Of a stretch of DNA of 30,663 nucleotides, positions 10,187 through 18,528 are shown piece by piece. The translations under genes were made by a program, and so were the position numbers. Source of the stretch: Dehalococcoidia bacterium. GTDB lineage: Bacteria > Chloroflexota > Dehalococcoidia > Lucifugimonadales > Lucifugimonadaceae. The notes under the pieces are model-generated. The model was given only the letters and a program-made list of their open reading frames with translations. It was not told where the DNA came from and ran no database searches. Position 1 is the first letter of the stretch. Each line of letters opens with the position of its first letter. The stretch is taken from NCBI GenBank assembly GCA_963582115.1, contig CAUZRH010000001.1, positions 1 to 30,663 of the forward strand. Direction: 5' to 3'.

Positions 10187-10226
10187 AAAAAGAAGGCCCG
10201 CTCTAACGAGCGGGCCTTCTTGCGTT
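10187..10226. terminator. Bidirectional intrinsic terminator
   Basis: Perfect 14-bp stem aagaaggcccgctc (10190-10203) / gagcgggccttctt (10208-10221), loop taac, A-run on the left, between convergent genes. Confidence 0.85.
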
Positions 10227-10339
10227 TACGGCTCATGTTGTGAGAAGCGGTAATTATTCGTGTGCTTAGGTACTCGAAGCACCGAGATCAGCAAACCCCT
10301 CTATGGGGTCTACGCCCCAAAATAAACGCCCTATTGAGG

Positions 10340-11194
10340 CTAGGCCGCCGGGTGGACGAAGAGTGGCGTGTTTGAGCTCGCCTCTTTTTTGAGCGTCGCT
10401 ATCTCGTCTTCCGTGATCGGGGTGAAGTTCTCTCCGATGTCGACCATCATTCGCCAGAGATCGACATCTCCGGGCGGTACGGCGGCCGTTATCGGCTGTG
10501 AGAGAGTGAATCTAACGGCCAGCGACATGAGTTCGGGGTCCACGATGGGTTCGTACCAGCACTTTTCGTGGGTCCGAACATTGTGATCAGCAAGCTTTGC
10601 CTTGGCCGCGCCCTTGAGCGCCAGCCTTGCTGCGCCCTTCTGTTCTGCAAGCTCAACAACCTGCGGCCCGAAGTCACCCTCGAAGTAGTTCACCCAGTTC
10701 AGCGGGAACAGGACCGAGTCGAACTCGAATGCGTTCAGAAGCCGGGTTGCGGCCTCCACCGAGTGCGCGGAAAAGCCGAGGAAGCGCACCAGCCCCTGTT
10801 CACGTGCCTTCGCAAATGTCTCCAGCGCGCCGCCGGGACCAAGGGCGATATCGACATCCTCGTCGGTCGTCATGCCATGCATCTGATAGAGATCGAAATG
10901 GTCGGTTCGTAGCTTCTTGAGCGAGTCGTGCAACTCGCGTTCCGCCCCCGCCCCATCTCTTTCACGAGTCTTGCAGGCCAGGAATACGTCATTTCGATAT
11001 GGCTCCAGTGATGGGCCAAGCATGTCCTGAGCGTTGCCGTAGCGGGGCGCAACGTCGAAGTAGTTGATGCCGCGGTCTATGGCTTCGCTCACGAACCGGG
11101 CCGACTCATCGGTCTCGGCGTCCTTCACAACGATGCCGCCAAAGCCAATGATCGAGAGCATCTCTCCGGTGTTTCCGTAAGGTCGTTTTTGCAT
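10340..11194 (-). CDS. Aldo/keto reductase
   Basis: MQKRPYGNTG.LSIIGFGG, GINYFDVAPRYG, FLACKT, DHFDLYQMH, GLVRFLGFSAH. Start set at ATG 11194 (GAGAGGA upstream), not 11335. Confidence 0.9.
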   Translation of the reverse strand: MQKRPYGNTGEMLSIIGFGGIVVKDAETDESARFVSEAIDRGINYFDVAPRYGNAQDMLGPSLEPYRNDVFLACKTRERDGAGAERELHDSLKKLRTDHFDLYQMHGMTTDEDVDIALGPGGALETFAKAREQGLVRFLGFSAHSVEAATRLLNAFEFDSVLFPLNWVNYFEGDFGPQVVELAEQKGAARLALKGAAKAKLADHNVRTHEKCWYEPIVDPELMSLAVRFTLSQPITAAVPPGDVDLWRMMVDIGENFTPITEDEIATLKKEASSNTPLFVHPAA

Positions 11195-11255
11195 ATAGTG
11201 ATCCTCTCGATTGCCGTTCTGACCGCTGGTAGTCAGCCGGAATGTCTCATCAAAA

Positions 11256-11585
11256 TTACTTCGCTGGCAACGACGAGGCCAAATCGACGCCCAGCGCCAC
11301 CCATTTGTCCAGTTCAGCATCCTCGCTGAACCCATCGGGTGCGACGTACACCCAGCCCTTCATCGGCCGTCCCGTGAAATCCATTAGCCGGGCGTGTTCT
11401 CGTGACAGCGCTTCATCGTACGCTTTCGGGCCCACACGTACGATCAGCTCATCGCTGAACACTCCGCACACCATGTTCCCGTTCAGCGAAAACGCCAGTC
11501 CGCCGAACATCCGTTGCTCGGCGATACCAAAGTTACCGTGCAATACTTCGCGAACGCGTTCGGAGACTCCTTCGTCAAACGGCAT
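11256..11585 (-). CDS. TfoX/Sxy N-terminal-domain protein (standalone)
   Basis: EQRMFGGLAFSLNGNMVCGV....LIVRVG and MDFTGRPMKGWVYV are TfoX_N-like motifs. Confidence 0.85.
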   Translation of the reverse strand: MPFDEGVSERVREVLHGNFGIAEQRMFGGLAFSLNGNMVCGVFSDELIVRVGPKAYDEALSREHARLMDFTGRPMKGWVYVAPDGFSEDAELDKWVALGVDLASSLPAK

Positions 11586-11588
11586 CGC

Positions 11589-13037
11589 TTAATTAATAAG
11601 CCCCTTGTAGACATCAAGTCCCTGCCCGAACAGATCGATCACGTCCGCCCGCTGCGCATCGGTGTAGAAGCGTCCCTTGGTATTGACCCATGCCATCGAT
11701 GCTTCGATGTCCTGAACGAATAACGACGCAGATGCCGCCCGAGCCTCAGACTTTACCCCCCCGGCGTCGATGTAGACCGCAGAGGTGTGCGCCCAGAGCG
11801 CCTGCGCAAACGAGTCACGCTGTGTTGAGCCGAGCCGTGCGGCAATCCAGCCGTCTGCCCCGACCACGATATCGGCCTTCAAAGTGCCTGAGGTTGCGTT
11901 AGAGGCGTTCGTGGACACGCGTTTGACCACTGAGCCGTTCTGGACGATCTCGACCGTCTCAACGGCGTAGTGCGACGACCAGTCCACCTTCACATGTGTA
12001 GTCCCTCCCGCGCTCACCTGTACGGTCGCACCGGGAGCCGAGCCGTCCACGGACATCGAAATAGCCGGGCCATTCGTGATGAAGGTCTCGCCCCGCTTAA
12101 TCCCGGCCAGCCAGTTGTCGTACGAGAACTCCCCGCCGGTCTGCGAATAGATGCGGTTGGCGGAGCAGACGAACCAGTCAGACCCGGTGGAGGCCGGCAT
12201 CTTGATCCCGCAGTTCAGCATTCGATACCAGGTGTCGTACTCGACATCGTTCCAGTACGGGTCGAATAGGTTGATGGCATCGACCTTGCCGAGGGCGGCA
12301 GCAACCGGTGCCTCCATGCCCTGCCCGTTGTGGCACCAGATCACCAGCCCGTTCTGGTCACGAGCATCGTCACAGGCCCATGAGAGCGGCGGGTAGTCGG
12401 GATCAAACGTGTCGATCAGCGCGCCGCGGGAGATCGGGTCCACGATGTTTCGGATGTTCAGGAACATCACATGGCCGTAGCCGCGGGACCAGCCGTCCTT
12501 GTCGTTATGACGGTTTTCTTCGCCGACCTGAACGTGGTGGTGCGTGTCCGTGTAGTCGTTCAGCACGCCGAGCGGGTATTTGTTTGTGGCGTAGTTCAAG
12601 TCCCATCGTCGGAGGATGGAGACCGCTGTCATGCGCAGGTCTTCGACCCGGGAGTCGTAGCCAAGCCGCTTGTCCGGGTTTTCTTCTTTCTCGTCGTAAT
12701 GGATATGAGTGTTGCCGGGATGCCAGCCACGATCCGGTAGGTCCGCCCAGCGTTCCAAGTTGATATCGAGCGTCACGACCTCGCCAGACGAATCGACGTT
12801 CACGGTACCGGTCCACGGCCGGTACTCGGTGCCGCGTTCGACGGTTATCCGGGTCGTGCCACGCGGTACGTCAAGCGAGAAATCGCCGTTGGAGTAGAAG
12901 AAGGGCTCACCGGTTCCGACCTTCCACATGGCGTCGGCTGGGGCAAGCTGAAGCCCGTTTGGAGATAGCACCTGGACACGCGCTTGTACGGTGGCCCCGG
13001 TTGTGGGGTCGATGATCTTTCCGGAAAGTTTCGCCAC
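11589..13037 (-). CDS. CehA/McbA-family (PHP-like) metallohydrolase
   Basis: WHPGNTHIH, VGEENRH...GH, WCHNGQG, YRMLNCG.KMPASTGSD, KRGETFITNGP, WAHTSAVY; N-terminal beta-sandwich and C-terminal Ig-like part. Confidence 0.75.
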   Translation of the reverse strand: MAKLSGKIIDPTTGATVQARVQVLSPNGLQLAPADAMWKVGTGEPFFYSNGDFSLDVPRGTTRITVERGTEYRPWTGTVNVDSSGEVVTLDINLERWADLPDRGWHPGNTHIHYDEKEENPDKRLGYDSRVEDLRMTAVSILRRWDLNYATNKYPLGVLNDYTDTHHHVQVGEENRHNDKDGWSRGYGHVMFLNIRNIVDPISRGALIDTFDPDYPPLSWACDDARDQNGLVIWCHNGQGMEAPVAAALGKVDAINLFDPYWNDVEYDTWYRMLNCGIKMPASTGSDWFVCSANRIYSQTGGEFSYDNWLAGIKRGETFITNGPAISMSVDGSAPGATVQVSAGGTTHVKVDWSSHYAVETVEIVQNGSVVKRVSTNASNATSGTLKADIVVGADGWIAARLGSTQRDSFAQALWAHTSAVYIDAGGVKSEARAASASLFVQDIEASMAWVNTKGRFYTDAQRADVIDLFGQGLDVYKGLIN

Positions 13038-13160
13038 GTGTGGAGGTCCTTATGTTGCTATTAGCCTTGTCTGGCGGGATTGCGTGCCCGAAGTCTCACG
13101 CCGACCGCTTCATGGCGCAAGATGTGGGTTGCAATACAAGTGGCAGCAACAGAGGACGAA

Positions 13161-13763
13161 ATGCCAGAGTTCGTGAAACCCGGAGCTGATCCGATGGACG
13201 AGTTACGTCGCTGGCTATCGGAGGCCGTCGATGCCGGGGTTTCCAACCCGGCCGCGATGGTCCTCGCCACGGTCAGCCCCGATGGCGCGCCGTCCGCCCG
13301 AGCGTTGATGGCAGGGACTCGGGATCAGAACTCGATCACGTTCTTCACCCATTACGCGAGTCCGAAGGGCCGAGACATCGACGCCAATTCCAACGTAGAG
13401 GGCGTGTTCCTGTGGACGCCATTGGAGCGGCAGGTGCGTGTCATGGGGACGATCGCAAAGACGAGTCCTGCTGAGTCGGACTCCTACTGGTCGTCACGCC
13501 CCCGTAGCACGCAACTTGCGCTCTGTGCAGCGGAACAAAGCGTGATGGTGTCCGACCACACGGCGCTAGTAACGGCGAAAGCCGAGGTCGAAGCAAAAGT
13601 CGGAGACGCCGAGGTGCCACGCCCGGACACGTACGGCGGTTACCGTCTGACTCCGCAGTCGCTGGAGTTCTGGCAGGGGAGACCAGAGGACCGACTGCAC
13701 TTGAGGGCTATCTATGAACGTGGTGCCCGTGGCGACTGGTCGTTCGGGGTCATGGCGCCGTAA
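13161..13763 (+). CDS. pdxH: Pyridoxamine 5'-phosphate oxidase-like flavoprotein (divergent)
   Basis: NPAAMVLATV..DGAPSAR, ERQVRV.G, ESDSYWSSRP, EFWQGRPEDRLH. ATG 13161 with GAGGA RBS preferred over 13080. Confidence 0.75.
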   Translation: MPEFVKPGADPMDELRRWLSEAVDAGVSNPAAMVLATVSPDGAPSARALMAGTRDQNSITFFTHYASPKGRDIDANSNVEGVFLWTPLERQVRVMGTIAKTSPAESDSYWSSRPRSTQLALCAAEQSVMVSDHTALVTAKAEVEAKVGDAEVPRPDTYGGYRLTPQSLEFWQGRPEDRLHLRAIYERGARGDWSFGVMAP

Positions 13764-13865
13764 GCCAACCTGCGCCGGAAACTCCGCCCGCAGTATTTCC
13801 CGCCGCGCCAGGATGCGCTCGGTGAGCGGCTGCATCGGACCACAGATTTTCCAACGTAATCCCGT

Positions 13866-14340
13866 TTACGTGCGGGCCACTGCTACATTGGTTGGTTGCG
13901 GGAAGTTGATTGCACCGCCCTCGTCGACGTATCGCGCAAGTGTCGTAGCCATCTCTTCATTCACGGCACTGACAATTCTTGAACGTTCCTTTTGTCCAAG
14001 TTTGGCAAACGCCGGGACGTGCGCTATGAATGATTTCTCCACGCACTCCGTGAAGGAATCGTATGCACCGAGATATCCACCTCCTAAAATCCCGCTTCTT
14101 CCAGCGGAGATCGAAGATTTGCTTTCTCGCCCAGTGAAAATGGAGTTGACCCAGCCGACGTAGGGACACCCAACCGATTCGCAAATGCCTGTGAGAGTGG
14201 GCCTCTCACAGGCATTTGCGATCAAGACCCAACCATGTGTTCGCCAGACTTCAACACCCGACGTACTTCCCGCAATGCACCCTCGCGGTCCGGGAAGAAT
14301 TGAAGACCCTGGTTGCACACCACGAGGTCGAATACGAACT
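13866..14340 (-). pseudogene. Class I SAM-dependent methyltransferase remnant (C-terminal half only)
   Basis: One frame reads FDLVVCNQGLQFFPDREGALREVRRVLKSG..S*..LSQAFANRLG..TPFSLGEKANLRSPLEEAGF*EVDI (TGA 14222-14224, TAG 14084-14086). A frameshift near 14050 leads to AHVPAFAKL..YVDEGGAINFPQPTNVAVART. No SAM-binding motif I. Confidence 0.8.
14179..14221. repeat. Perfect 19-bp inverted repeat with 5-nt loop
   Basis: tcgcaaatgcctgtgagag-tgggc-ctctcacaggcatttgcga; flanked by acccaacc at 14168-14175 and 14227-14234. Confidence 0.95.
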
Positions 14341-14351
14341 CGTGGTGCCCG

Positions 14352-14633
14352 TTAGCTACGTCGTACCTCGTCCCGTAGACGCTCTTTGTCCTCTGGCGTA
14401 ATCTGGTGCAGCGGGAGGTCCAGTAGCGCACCCTTGAGGGCGTACAGGAAGGTAACGCTGGTTTCGCCCGGGAACAGGTCTGCGACGAGATTGAACGCTT
14501 TAACCGGGCCCGTTTTTTCGAGCTGTTCAACGGTCTCTATTCCGACCGCGCTCAACTGGCGCTAACTGACGGGACCAAGGTTTTTTAGGCCTTCAAGTTC
14601 AAGTCGTTGCATATCGCCGTTCCCACTCGTCAT
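14352..14633 (-). pseudogene. TfoX/Sxy C-terminal-domain protein with an in-frame amber stop
   Basis: LEGLKNLGPVS*RQLSAVGIETVEQLEKTGPVKAF...FLYALKGALLD (TAG at 14562-14564); ATG 14633 overlaps the amidase TGA (ATGA). Confidence 0.75.
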
Positions 14634-16087
14634 GATTTCTGGTCCATCCCAGGTAATTCAGGTAAATCTGGTGTCTTGCCTGCCCACGGCCTAAGTTGCT
14701 CAAATAAAGCCGCTGCTCGTATTACCGCCGCATCGTCGGCGTAACGCCCCACAATCTGGAGCGCTACGGGCAATCCGTCGCCCGCAAATCCGGCCGGCAG
14801 CGTGATCGCCGGATGCCCGGTGAGGTTGAACGGGTGTGTGTATGGGTACCAGTTCTGCCGGATGATGCCGACCTCTTGGCCCTCGATGACGACAGGGTCG
14901 TACAGGTCCATATCCGACTCAAGCGCCGTCCGGGTCAGGGTTGGCGTGAGGATGAGATCAAACTCATCAAACCAGCCCTGCACCTCTCGGAATAACTGTG
15001 TGCGCTGGTAGATCGCCTTTTGTAGTTCTGCTGCTGAGTAGTCGGACGCTTCGGTAATCGAGCGCAGGAAAGTGGGCGTCATCCTGTCGCCCCACTCATC
15101 TACGTAATCGCCGAATCGAGCCTGCCACGCCGCCTGGCTGAGTACCCGCCAGAACGGCTCGGGGGTTTCGAAACCGTCGTCAACTTCAACCAGCCTTGCG
15201 CCGGCCTCTTCAAACGCGCGTGCTGCTCCGTGCGTAATCGCCAAGACCTCAGAATCGATCACATCGTTGCCGAGTAAGGGTCGCCAGGCGATCTTTTTGC
15301 CTTCGAGTCCCCCGGGTGATGCGGCAGCTTTTATATAGTCCTGGCGACGTCGTCCCATGGAATGCGCGTCTGAAGGGTGTGGGCCGGACATCGTCTGCAA
15401 CATCAACGCCGTGTCGGCAACAGTGCGGGTCATCGGGCCGACGTAGATGTTTGCGCCAAACGAGTCCGGCGCAGCATCGTGCGGGATAGTCCCTAACGTC
15501 GCCTTCATGCCGACGATGCCGTTCGCGGCGGCGGGAATACGTATCGAGCCGCCGCCATCAGTGCCGACGTTCAACGGCGCGAGCCCGGCCGCCGTAGCTA
15601 CTGCCGCGCCACCACTTGAACCGCCTGCGATACGATCCTGATCCCAGGCGTTTGGCGTATCTCCGAACAGAGGCGCACGTGTGAACGGCTTGTGGCCGAA
15701 CTCCGGCGTGGTGGTCTTGCCTATCATGATGCCGCCCGCGGCACGCAATCGTGCGACCGGAACCGCATCGGCATCCGGAACGTTGTGCTCAAAGATGTGG
15801 GAGCCCATCGTGGTACGAACGCCGCGGGTGTTGACCAGGTCTTTTACCGAGAAGGGAATACCGTGCAGTGGGCCGATTTCGTCGCCATTAGCCAGCGCCT
15901 CTTCGGCCTTGCGGGCCTGAGCCGTCGCTTCATCGTGCGCAACGGTAATGAAGGCGTTCAGGACGGGCTGGGATGCGTCGATTCGTCGAAGGGCGGCCTC
16001 GGTAATCTCTACCGGAGAAACCTTGCGCGAGCGGACCAATTCGGCCAGTTCAGTCGCGGGTGTATACGCATGCCAGTCAGACGACAT
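14630..16087 (-). CDS. Amidase-signature family enzyme
   Basis: GPLHGIPFSVKD, GKTTTPEFG, GGSSGG, GTDGGGSIRIPAAANG (Ser-cisSer-Lys triad motifs). Confidence 0.93.
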   Translation of the reverse strand: MSSDWHAYTPATELAELVRSRKVSPVEITEAALRRIDASQPVLNAFITVAHDEATAQARKAEEALANGDEIGPLHGIPFSVKDLVNTRGVRTTMGSHIFEHNVPDADAVPVARLRAAGGIMIGKTTTPEFGHKPFTRAPLFGDTPNAWDQDRIAGGSSGGAAVATAAGLAPLNVGTDGGGSIRIPAAANGIVGMKATLGTIPHDAAPDSFGANIYVGPMTRTVADTALMLQTMSGPHPSDAHSMGRRRQDYIKAAASPGGLEGKKIAWRPLLGNDVIDSEVLAITHGAARAFEEAGARLVEVDDGFETPEPFWRVLSQAAWQARFGDYVDEWGDRMTPTFLRSITEASDYSAAELQKAIYQRTQLFREVQGWFDEFDLILTPTLTRTALESDMDLYDPVVIEGQEVGIIRQNWYPYTHPFNLTGHPAITLPAGFAGDGLPVALQIVGRYADDAAVIRAAALFEQLRPWAGKTPDLPELPGMDQKS

Positions 16088-16308
16088 CGTGCCTCGCCCC
16101 CCAGAAACCCCTAAGAAAAATAGATCATCAGCGGCCTTGCCCCCACACGGCGCGCTGTCTCCATAAGAGATTTAACCCATGTACGCTCATCTGCCAACCC
16201 CATTCACGGGCCAATCGGGACCTCCGACCTGTACGATGCATGACGAATTGACCAACGCCGTCGGGACACCCGTTAAACACCCGAACAAACACAAGAAAGT
16301 CAACTACC

Positions 16309-17565
16309 CTGCAAGTCGAACTCGCATACGGAGACGGACGCCTCTCGGTCGAACTTCCGGAAGAGCGAACTACGGTAATCTCGCCCGTATTCAGGCCCGC
16401 GCTAGCCGACATCGAACACGCCATCCAGACAGCGCTCCGGTCTCCGGTCAATTCCCGGCCGTTACGTGAGATAGCGCGTAAGGGCCAACGGGTTGCGATC
16501 TCTGTCTGTGACGTAACTCGTGCACAGCCGCGACAGGTGATGGTGCAGGCGATCCTGGATGAGCTTGAGGGCGTCATCGGGCCAGAAGACGTGACGATCC
16601 TGATCGCCACGGGAACGCATCGTGCGAATACCGATGACGAAATACGGGCCATGCTCGGGGATGAAATTGCTTCAGCCTGCCGGGTGGTTAATCACGTCGC
16701 ACGAGACGAAAGCTCGCTCATCAATCTGGGAGTGGTCGGAAACGGCGTCCCGCTGAAGCTGAATCGTGAGTGGACTGAGGCTGATCTGAAGATCACTACC
16801 GGTTTCGTAGAGCCGCACTTTTTTGCGGGCTTCAGTGGTGGGCCAAAGATGGTCGCACCGGGACTGGCCGGTATCGACACCGTCGTGACGCTCCACGATG
16901 CGGCACGCATAGGACACCCGAACGCCACCTGGGGCGTGATCGAGGGCAATCCGGTCCACGAAGATGTGCGCGCCATCGCACGGGCCGCGGCTCCCGACTT
17001 CAGCATGGATGTGTTGCTGAACAGCGATCAGGAAGTTACCGCCGTCTACGCAGGTGAGCTGTTTGCGATGCACGCCGACGCATGCGCACAGGCAAGACTG
17101 GACTCGATGCAACCGATCGCAAATCCGTTCGACCTGGTAATCACCAGCAACTCCGGCTTTCCGTTGGACCAGAATTTGTATCAAGCCGTGAAGGGCATGT
17201 CAGCCGCCGCCCGGGTGGCTAAACCCGGAGGGGTGATCGTATGCGCCGCCGAGTGCAGAGACGGCATACCGGACCACGGCTCTTACTCGGAGATCCTCAC
17301 TTCACGGCCCGATCCGGCGTCGTTGCTGGAGATGATCGAATCGCCCGGATATTCCAAGCCCGACCAGTGGCAGGTCCAGGTACAGGCGAAGATACAGATG
17401 CAGGCACGCGTGCTTGTGAAAGCCGACCGTCTCTCAGATTCTCAGATTCAGGCTGCGCACTTTGAGCCTGTCGACGATATCCAGTCGATCATTGATCACG
17501 TCGGTATCGATGCCTCCATCTGCGTCCTTCCTGAGGGGCCGCAAACGATTCCGTATATCGCTTAA
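16309..17565 (+). CDS. larA: LarA-family nickel-pincer-dependent 2-hydroxy-acid racemase/epimerase (CTG start candidate)
   Basis: VAISVCDVTR, ATGTHR, TGFVEPHFFAGFSGGPK, NLYQAVKG, AECRDG, DQWQVQ. LarA-like N-terminus (VELAYG..RLSVELP) starts about 16309, 76 codons before the first canonical start. Confidence 0.88.
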   Translation: MQVELAYGDGRLSVELPEERTTVISPVFRPALADIEHAIQTALRSPVNSRPLREIARKGQRVAISVCDVTRAQPRQVMVQAILDELEGVIGPEDVTILIATGTHRANTDDEIRAMLGDEIASACRVVNHVARDESSLINLGVVGNGVPLKLNREWTEADLKITTGFVEPHFFAGFSGGPKMVAPGLAGIDTVVTLHDAARIGHPNATWGVIEGNPVHEDVRAIARAAAPDFSMDVLLNSDQEVTAVYAGELFAMHADACAQARLDSMQPIANPFDLVITSNSGFPLDQNLYQAVKGMSAAARVAKPGGVIVCAAECRDGIPDHGSYSEILTSRPDPASLLEMIESPGYSKPDQWQVQVQAKIQMQARVLVKADRLSDSQIQAAHFEPVDDIQSIIDHVGIDASICVLPEGPQTIPYIA

Positions 17566-17600
17566 AGGGCCCGCTTGAAACGCCCATTGGGCAGGTAATC

Positions 17601-18080
17601 ATGACAGACAAACTCATCCGACCCGCCATCTCCGGAGACGCTGCGACCATCGTCAGCCTCGTACAGTCGCTCGCCGTTTACGAGAACGAGCCGGTGTCGA
17701 CCGTACATCTCACCGAGGCGGATGTTCTCAGGGACGGGTTCGGCGATTCGCCTCGTTTCGAGGTGCTTCTCGCCGAGCTAGACGGCACTGCGGTGGGGTT
17801 CGCCCTGTTCTTTCACAACTACTCGACGTGGCTCGGTAAACCCGGCCTGTACCTGGAAGACCTGTACGTCGAAGAACCGGCGCGCGGCCACGGTCTTGGG
17901 CTTGACCTGATGCGGGAATTGGCCCGGATCGCCGATGAGCGCGGCTGCGCACGATTTGAGCTATCCGTGCTGAACTGGAACCCGACGCGTGAGTTCTATC
18001 ACCGAATCGGGTTTGAAAACATGGATGAGTGGCTTTCGTACCGGCTCGACGAAGCTGGCATCCAGAAGCTGGCCCGCTAA
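17601..18080 (+). CDS. GNAT N-acetyltransferase (diamine/spermidine acetyltransferase-like)
   Basis: LAVYE, VGFALFFHNYSTWLGKPGLYLEDLYV...RGHGLG, LSVLNWN..REFY.RIG. Confidence 0.9.
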   Translation: MTDKLIRPAISGDAATIVSLVQSLAVYENEPVSTVHLTEADVLRDGFGDSPRFEVLLAELDGTAVGFALFFHNYSTWLGKPGLYLEDLYVEEPARGHGLGLDLMRELARIADERGCARFELSVLNWNPTREFYHRIGFENMDEWLSYRLDEAGIQKLAR

Positions 18081-18109
18081 AGTCCCACGTGTCGTCGGAC
18101 TTTAGCGGG
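18073..18109. terminator. Hairpin between convergent genes, containing both stop codons
   Basis: cccgctaaagtcc (18073-18085) / ggactttagcggg (18097-18109), perfect 13 bp, plus an inner acg/cgt pairing. Confidence 0.6.
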
Positions 18110-18437
18110 AGGGCCTGCCGTGGATCGCTTCCGAGACGGTCCGCCGCTGGAACAGCCACCACATTCCTGCGGCCATGCCGCCGGCAACCATTGCGTTAAC
18201 CATCGTCGACTCCGGTGAGTCGCCACCTACCCACGGCGTAAGCAGCACCAGTACGAAGGTCAGGATGAAGCTGCTTCGGAAGGCGCGTATGAGTGTTGCG
18301 CTGCGTCGGGCTGTCAAAAACACGCCTACGGTGAGCGCTATCACGAGCATCGAGAATGCGAACGAGCTGATTGCCATCTGGCCGCAGTTTAGCACCCGGT
18401 AACGTGTAGGGCCCTGCCGGGCGGCCACTAAGTTCAT
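18102..18437 (-). CDS. Small hypothetical membrane protein (about 3 hydrophobic segments)
   Basis: Hydrophobic stretches FAFSMLVIALTVGVFL, FILTFVLVLLTPWV and AMVAGGMAAGMWWLF; AGGA upstream of ATG 18437; fills the gap between flanking genes. Confidence 0.55.
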   Translation of the reverse strand: MNLVAARQGPTRYRVLNCGQMAISSFAFSMLVIALTVGVFLTARRSATLIRAFRSSFILTFVLVLLTPWVGGDSPESTMVNAMVAGGMAAGMWWLFQRRTVSEAIHGRPSR

Positions 18438-18528
18438 AACATCCTACTCAGAAGCATGTCCCCGGGAGTAAGATGCGCTCGCCGCGGGTGACGCGCCCGC
18501 CCCAACTTTCAGCCCTCGGGAGATCGCC

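Noticed and set aside
10227-10339. Riboswitch or sRNA from short stems (gtgctt/aagcac, cccc/gggg) and a GCAAACC motif
   Set aside because: It lies between convergent 3' ends, the stems are short, and the rest of the c-di-GMP-I consensus is missing.
11195-11335. N-terminal extensions in the ORF track (AKR to 11335; likewise pstC 3944, pdxH 13080, SDR 23592)
   Set aside because: They overlap neighbouring genes or repeats; downstream starts have an RBS and coincide with where family homology begins.
13764-13865. Protein-like fragment MQPLTERILARREILRAEFPAQ on the minus strand
   Set aside because: Too short to assign, and its ORF runs antisense into pdxH; possibly a gene remnant but unsupported.
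14179-14224. Functional SECIS / selenoprotein
   Set aside because: The UGA aligns with a Val/Trp position rather than Cys, and the gene lacks its N-terminal half and has a later TAG and frameshift.
16088-16308. Nickel/cobalt riboswitch upstream of larA
   Set aside because: No NiCo-like conserved segments or convincing multi-stem structure seen.
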